From NCBI GenBank assembly GCA_963756875.1, contig CAVWPA010000001.1, forward strand, positions 512,001-576,000: a stretch of 64,000 nt of DNA. Reading direction: 5' to 3'. Shown one piece after another: positions 59,994 through 64,000 of this stretch (position 1 is its first letter; each line of letters opens with the position of its first letter). The DNA is from an uncultured Verrucomicrobiae bacterium. Its GTDB lineage: Bacteria; Verrucomicrobiota; Verrucomicrobiia; Chthoniobacterales; UBA10450. The translations under genes were made by a program, and so were the position numbers. Below the pieces are notes generated by a model. That model ran no database searches, was not told the origin of the DNA, and saw nothing but the letters and a program-made list of their open reading frames with translations.

Positions 59994-60076
59994 ACGAGGA
60001 ATGATGAATGACGAAGGAATAACCAAACGATCTAATCCCCAAACCGCCAAATGTATTGAGTTCGTCATTCCTCATT
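59994..60076. repeat. Heptamer inverted repeat element (AATGACG family)
   Basis: gaggaatgatgaatgacgaa ... ttcgtcattcctcatt. Confidence 0.75.
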
Positions 60077-60137
60077 TACCGAGTTGCTCGTGCGGAAAAA
60101 TTTGTTCCTGAAGGGATTTCGGCGATAAGGTGAACGC

Positions 60138-61472
60138 ATGCGTGACAATTATCTTCAGGATTTTTATTCATTTCTTCGGTTTCCCAGCGTTTCGACTGAC
60201 GATCAATTTGCCGGCCGGGTGAAAGAATGCGCGAACTGGCTCGTAAAGAAACTTCAGACGATCGGGTTGCAGGCGGAACTTGTTCCGACCGCGGGTCACC
60301 CGATTGTTTGGGCGCGGAATAAACATCGGCAGGATCGGCGCACGGTTCTAATCTATGGGCATTACGACGTTCAGCCACCGGATCCGCTGGAGCTGTGGGA
60401 TTCGCCGCCATTCGAGCCCGTTTTGAAAAATGGCTATGTTTTTGCCCGCGGCGCGACGGACAACAAGGGCCAGATTCTCTCCCATATCCTCGGCATGCAG
60501 GAAACGATCGAAAAGGAGGGCGATCTGCCGGTCAACGTCGATCTTGTCATCGAAGGTGAAGAAGAGATCGGCAGTGTGCATCTCCCAAAATTTCTACGTG
60601 AAAATCGAGACGCGTTGAAATGCGGTGTGGTGGTCGTCTCGGATACGGGAATGATCGCGCCACGGACGCCGACGTTGAGTTACGGACTTCGCGGGGTGGC
60701 GGCCCTGGAATTGAAAGTGACCGGTCCGAAGATGGACCTTCATTCCGGCATTTTCGGCGGCGCGGTGGCGAACCCCGCGACGGCTCTGGCGCAATTGCTG
60801 GCCACTCTGCACAATCGCGAAGGCCACGTTGCCATCCCCGGGTTTTACGACGACGTCGCGCCGATCCAGGATTGGGAACGCGAGGCCTGGAAAAAGTTAC
60901 CGCTTGATCCGGACGCGGAAATGTTGAAGGAAACAGGAGCGCCGTTGCTTTTCGGCGAAGCCGGTTACAGCACGCTCGAACGCATCTGGGCGCGGCCGAC
61001 CGCGGAGGTCAACGGGATTGGAGGTGGCTATCAAGGGCAGGGGACGAAGACCGTTCTTCCAAGTCATGCCATGGCAAAACTGACATTTCGTCTCGTTCCC
61101 AATCAGAAGGCCGATGTGATTATCGACCTTGCCATGAAACATCTGCAAAAGAATTTGCCGGCCGGCGTGACGCTGGAAATGGCAAGCGGCCATCACGGTC
61201 CGTGGTACCTGACCGATCCGCATAATAAATTTGGTGAGGCGGCGCAGCGCGCCCTCCGGAAAGCGTTTAACAAGGAGGTAGCGCTGATTCGCGAAGGGGG
61301 CAGCATTCCCATCGTGTCCGATTTTCGAGAAATTCTCGGTGCGGAAACGTTGCTACTGGGCCTCGCGCTGCAGGACTGTCGCGCTCATTCTCCGAACGAA
61401 AACTTTCCGCTGGAGAATCTAGAGGCCGGCATTCGAATGAACCAGGTTGTGCTTCAGGAGCTGGCTGTCTGA
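60138..61472 (+). CDS. M20 family dipeptidase
   Basis: YGHYDVQP, ARGATDNKGQ, EGEEEIGS, DLHSG, GGSIP, HSPNE. Confidence 0.93.
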   Translation: MRDNYLQDFYSFLRFPSVSTDDQFAGRVKECANWLVKKLQTIGLQAELVPTAGHPIVWARNKHRQDRRTVLIYGHYDVQPPDPLELWDSPPFEPVLKNGYVFARGATDNKGQILSHILGMQETIEKEGDLPVNVDLVIEGEEEIGSVHLPKFLRENRDALKCGVVVVSDTGMIAPRTPTLSYGLRGVAALELKVTGPKMDLHSGIFGGAVANPATALAQLLATLHNREGHVAIPGFYDDVAPIQDWEREAWKKLPLDPDAEMLKETGAPLLFGEAGYSTLERIWARPTAEVNGIGGGYQGQGTKTVLPSHAMAKLTFRLVPNQKADVIIDLAMKHLQKNLPAGVTLEMASGHHGPWYLTDPHNKFGEAAQRALRKAFNKEVALIREGGSIPIVSDFREILGAETLLLGLALQDCRAHSPNENFPLENLEAGIRMNQVVLQELAV

Positions 61473-61490
61473 ACCGGAAGAGACGCTCTG

Positions 61491-62460
61491 GTGAAAAATA
61501 AACTGGGCACTTTGCTTGTGATCGCGATGGCCGCGGCCATGGTCTCTGGCGTCCAGGCGCGCGACATTTCCGCACACGAGTCGTTAGGCGAAAAAATCAA
61601 GAGATTTATCGTCGGACCAACTCCGACCCCCGGTCCGAGTCCACACAAGAAGCGGAAGAAAGCCCAGCCAAGCTGCAAAAAAGGAAACGTCCAAACCCTC
61701 GCCGTCCCGATTACGGCGGAATCGTCGGAGGAAAATGCGCCGCGAGCAGCCAAGCGAACCTCTGAATACTTTGAGCCGGTTCGTCCGATCACTCCCCGGC
61801 CGCAACGCAGAGTTCGAGAGCATGCATCCCCCGCCTGCTGAAGAGACTCCGTCTCGCAAAGCGCCCGCATCCCCCGAAGGGTCGCGGACGCCGAGTCCGA
61901 CCGTGTCAGCGGCTGAGATCGCCGACTACGAGAGTTATACTCCCGAAGTCCGGAAGATTCTCGACTCGGCGCTGAGCCTGACGAGTCGGGATCTTCGTTA
62001 CAAATACGGCTCGGCCGATCCGGCAAAAGGGGGAATGGATTCCTCCGGTTTCGTTTTTTACGTCCTTTCGACCAACGGGATCAAGGACGTGCCGCGTGAC
62101 GCCCGCGCGCAATACGTCTGGGTGCGCAAAGCCGGGAATTTCCGGGCTGTGCTTGCGCAAACTAACGACACTTTCGAGCTCGACGAATTAAAGCCCGGCG
62201 ACCTTCTTTTTTGGGCCGGCGCCTACAGCATCAGTCGCGAACCCAATATCACGCAGACCATGATTTATCTCGGACGCGACAAAGGGACGAACCAGCGTCT
62301 GATGGTGGGGGCCAGTGACGGCGGCACGTACAAAGGCGAATCGCGCAACGGCGTGCGCGTTTTTGATTTCAAGGTCGGGCGTCTCCGGTCGAAATCCGGG
62401 AACGAACCCGGGGCAATGTTCGTGGGCTACGGGCGTCCGCCCGGGCTGTCCGGGCAATAA
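61491..62460 (+). CDS. Secreted NlpC/P60-fold protein, frameshifted at about 61828, catalytic residues substituted
   Basis: Signal peptide ORF 61491-61841 continues in the +1 frame into YKYGSADP..GMDSSG..LKPGDLLFW..ITQTMIYLG. Confidence 0.8.
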
Positions 62461-62465
62461 TCGAC

Positions 62466-62696
62466 CTAAGGCGACTCGCTTCCGTCGATTTCCCCTTCCG
62501 AAGGAGTGGCAGACGGCGTGACGCTGACCTCGGCCGCTGTTGATTGTGCAGAGATGGTCTGGGTCCGTTGATCTCGATAGCGTTTTGCAACTGCACCTGC
62601 GACCAGGGCGATCATGATCAAAATCACGGCGCGTTGCTCGCGCCTCGTCAGCTCGAAAAGATTCTTCCCCGGGAAAGCTGCCTTTTTAACCGCCAT
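62466..62696 (-). CDS. Small single-TM hypothetical protein
   Basis: FELTRREQRAVILIMIALVAG; 76 aa. Confidence 0.55.
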   Translation of the reverse strand: MAVKKAAFPGKNLFELTRREQRAVILIMIALVAGAVAKRYRDQRTQTISAQSTAAEVSVTPSATPSEGEIDGSESP

Positions 62697-63071
62697 GGCA
62701 ACTTATATACAGAAAGCAATTTGAAAACGTCGTCTAGACGACGACTGAGCATCTGCGCTTGGCCCGAATTCGATTTTCTCGATCGCAGGTGACAAATTAG
62801 CGACAAAAGCAGAAAAATCTTGACGCTGATGTCGTAGCCCAGTCTACTCCGCGCTGCTCCGATTCCCCCAGACGTGTCTCGGAGAATTGATGCAAATCTC
62901 CAACCCCTCACTTCCCCCGAATATGAATAATACCATCTCCGTACCCTCCGACGTAACGCACGATTTCCATGTCAAACGCGCGCCAGGACTAAAGTCGGGC
63001 GTACGTGGCCTATAAAAAGCGCAAAGGAAATTCGTTCGCCCGAAAATGCTCTACGATCCGCTCCAAAGTCC

Positions 63072-64000
63072 TTGGAATTGAACCCCCTGGATGCCTGTAA
63101 TGATGTGGGCGGCCAATTTTTCGCTGAAACAGTTTACTGGGACATATGGGGCGATATGCCGCCCACGCCTACCCCGACGCCGAATCCTTATACAAAACCA
63201 AACGACAAAAAAACGTGCCCGCTTTCGCCTGCTCCGATGGCCCAGGCCAGGGCCCATTTATTGATGGCTAGTCTCAACATTGAAGACACGCCGATTCGTT
63301 ATGCTCCTCCTCTCGGGCCAGCGATCAATTTTACGGTCACCTATAATCAAAGAGAAGCCCAGCAGCCGTCAACGCTCACGTTTTCAAATCTAGGATCGAA
63401 ATGGACTTTCAATTGGCTTTCCTATGTAAGTGATAACGCAGGTAATACTCCAGCAGGATGCTACAGTTTATGTTCCTGGTGGCGGCGCAGAGTTCTACTC
63501 GTTCGATCCCGGAACGCAAAGCTATTTGCCCGATCCGCAGAGCCATGCTGTCCTCGTTTGGACCTCCAGCTCAAGCTACGAAAAGGACTTTCCGGATGGT
63601 TCTAAACAGATCTTTGATCTGCCAGATGATTCGGTGTATCCACGCAGAATTTTCATGACCCAGTAGAAAGATTCGACAGGCAATAAGGTAACTCTTAATT
63701 ACGATTCCTCTTTTCGCCTAACGCAAATCATCGATGCGCTGGATCAAGTAACGAACCTTTCGTATGAACTCCCCGATGATCCGCTAAAAATAACTAAAGT
63801 AACGGAACCATTCCCAACGGGGCGTTACGCCACATTTACTTATACCGGCGGACAGCTGACCAAGATTACCGACGAAATTGGAATTCAATCGCAGTTCCAG
63901 TACACAACCGGAACGGATTTTATCGATTCGATGACCACTCCGTACAGCACGAGCTCGTTCTCGACGGGACAAAATGGTACCAATCTATGGATTGAGATGA
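63072..64000 (+). pseudogene. Disrupted Rhs/YD-repeat protein gene (continues beyond window)
   Basis: FTVTYNQR..LGSKWTFNW (DUF6531-like), frameshift at about 63448, in-frame TAG at 63664, then DSTGNKVTLNYDSSFRLTQIIDALDQ and TYTGGQLTKITDEIG YD-like repeats. Confidence 0.8.

Noticed and set aside
63664..63666. Recoded TAG (pyrrolysine or alternative genetic code) in the Rhs gene
   Set aside because: TAG is used as a normal stop elsewhere in the window and the same gene also has a frameshift.

Overview
Gene-dense, GC-rich bacterial chromosomal segment. Gene style and repeat content suggest a soil Verrucomicrobiota/Chthoniobacterales-like genome, which is an inference only. Mostly housekeeping and envelope genes: glgB, xseA, ruvB, purH, a sulfotransferase/GT2 cluster, M28/M3/M20 peptidases, hopanoid genes hpnH-shc, sod, dapL, rplI-dnaB, tkt, an rsmA-NUDIX fusion, a lipid-remodelling cluster (MFS, aas, PlsC-hydrolase, SGNH, LMF), a 2-oxoacid dehydrogenase E1a/E1b/E2 operon, frameshifted smc and a decayed Rhs/YD gene at the right end. 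The most notable structure is at 29031-29867: an intact CAT-anticodon tRNA followed by tandem ~309-bp units of [80-aa GIY-YIG nuclease gene + 3' tRNA copy whose anticodon stem-loop is precisely replaced by the 18-bp palindrome CCCCGAAAGCTTTCGGGG], with no integrase. The same palindrome also sits inside xseA and replaces an inner hairpin of a REP-like element. A second stand-alone GIY-YIG gene is bracketed by 25-bp inverted repeats. The window carries several families of palindromic miniature elements, some inserted in frame into smc, hpnH and an acyltransferase-hydrolase gene.
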